Source: Balanoglossus misakiensis
Taxonomy: Eukaryota; Animalia; Hemichordata
DNA: 64,000 nt
Assembly (NCBI GenBank): GCA_040954595.2
Contig: CM082585.2
Location: 4,241,358 to 4,305,357 of the forward strand
Direction of reading: 5' to 3'
This document shows positions 63,511-64,000 of the stretch, piece by piece. Position numbers and translations under genes: made by a program. The first letter of the stretch is position 1, and each line of letters opens with the position of its first letter. The notes under the pieces are model-generated. The model worked only from the letters and a program-made list of their open reading frames with translations, searched no databases and was not told the origin of the DNA.

Positions 63511-63781
63511 GTTGCATCAACGTTTTCCATGTTTACGCTCGGATGGATCATGCTGAAACCTACACGTTTTGTGAGCGATTAGGTCTTCGCCTTGTTAAAG
63601 ATGACAGCGAAGAAAAACACACAGCTATAGTAGACATGATAACAGTACGAGGATATCCCTGGATGGAATTCTGGATTGATGGCCATCAAATTGACAACGG
63701 AAGCGTAACCACAAGAGACGGTGAAATTTTGACCTACAGGCCATCGGTTGAAGAGAATGTTGGGGAGTGCCTCGCAATGAG
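63511..63781 (+). CDS. Cassette 3, first C-type lectin exon (partial; continues beyond window)
   Basis: Phase-1 acceptor ATATCCAG|[31 protein letters not shown]…FWIDG…GECLAM, donor AG|GTGAG. Confidence 0.8.
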
Positions 63782-63804
63782 GTGAGTAAACGGTTATGCA
63801 GATA

Positions 63805-64000
63805 TATTAAAACACTTTATTTTCGCGAGTTAAAATTTGTGCGATATCGAGAGAGGCCACTGTTTCGCGAGTATTAATTTTCGCGTTCTCTTATTTCATT
63901 CACTGCACCGTTATCTTCAAAAATAATTTACGCCACTTTTTATTTTCACGCTATTTTGGCTCTCGCGTATTTCGCGAAAATTCATTGCTCGCGAAAATAA
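63805..64000. mobile_element. TTTTCGCG-rich MITE-like repeat, truncated by window end
   Basis: Multiple ATTTTCGCG/CGCGAAAAT inverted motifs, absent from the equivalent intron position of cassettes 1 and 2. Confidence 0.6.

Larger units (their letters stand above)
42700..64000 (+). repeat. Tandem segmental duplication, ~7.5-7.7-kb unit, starts at ~42700, ~55530 and ~63195
   Basis: CAGTGGTTACAA…GCAAAACA recurs at all three starts. Introns and exons of units 1 and 2 are collinear, and 53710-55530 matches 61236-63195. Confidence 0.92.

Overview
Eukaryotic, intron-rich animal DNA with GT-AG introns and microsatellites. The gene content suggests a marine invertebrate deuterostome; this is an inference and the species cannot be determined. 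From left to right: (1) Four NEU1-like sialidase paralogues with an identical 3-exon layout, including a 95-bp middle exon. One is interrupted in exon 1 by a 590-bp foldback element with 269-bp arms and a 9-bp TSD. (2) An IAP gene (BIR-BIR-BIR-UBA-RING, about 578 aa) inside the sialidase cluster, with two nested hairpin-bearing repeats in one intron. (3) Three tandem genes for unrecognised secreted proteins of about 185-191 aa, each with 10 conserved Cys and an internal CxxC[DK] two-fold repeat. (4) A polycystin-1/REJ-like locus in which one signal-peptide + 2xEGF leader is followed by at least three ~7.6-kb cassettes. Cassettes 1 and 2 encode CTL-CTL-GAIN/GPS and stop 18 residues after the autoproteolysis site with no transmembrane segment; cassette 3 is cut off by the window end. 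The lectin segments are hypervariable. (5) A 4.96-kb degenerate Ngaro-type tyrosine-recombinase retrotransposon in the last intron of cassette 1, with the empty site visible in cassette 2 and an apparent gag-to-YR intron. Several MITE families are also present. All exon models were derived by eye from splice signals, reading phase and paralogue comparison; no database searches were run.
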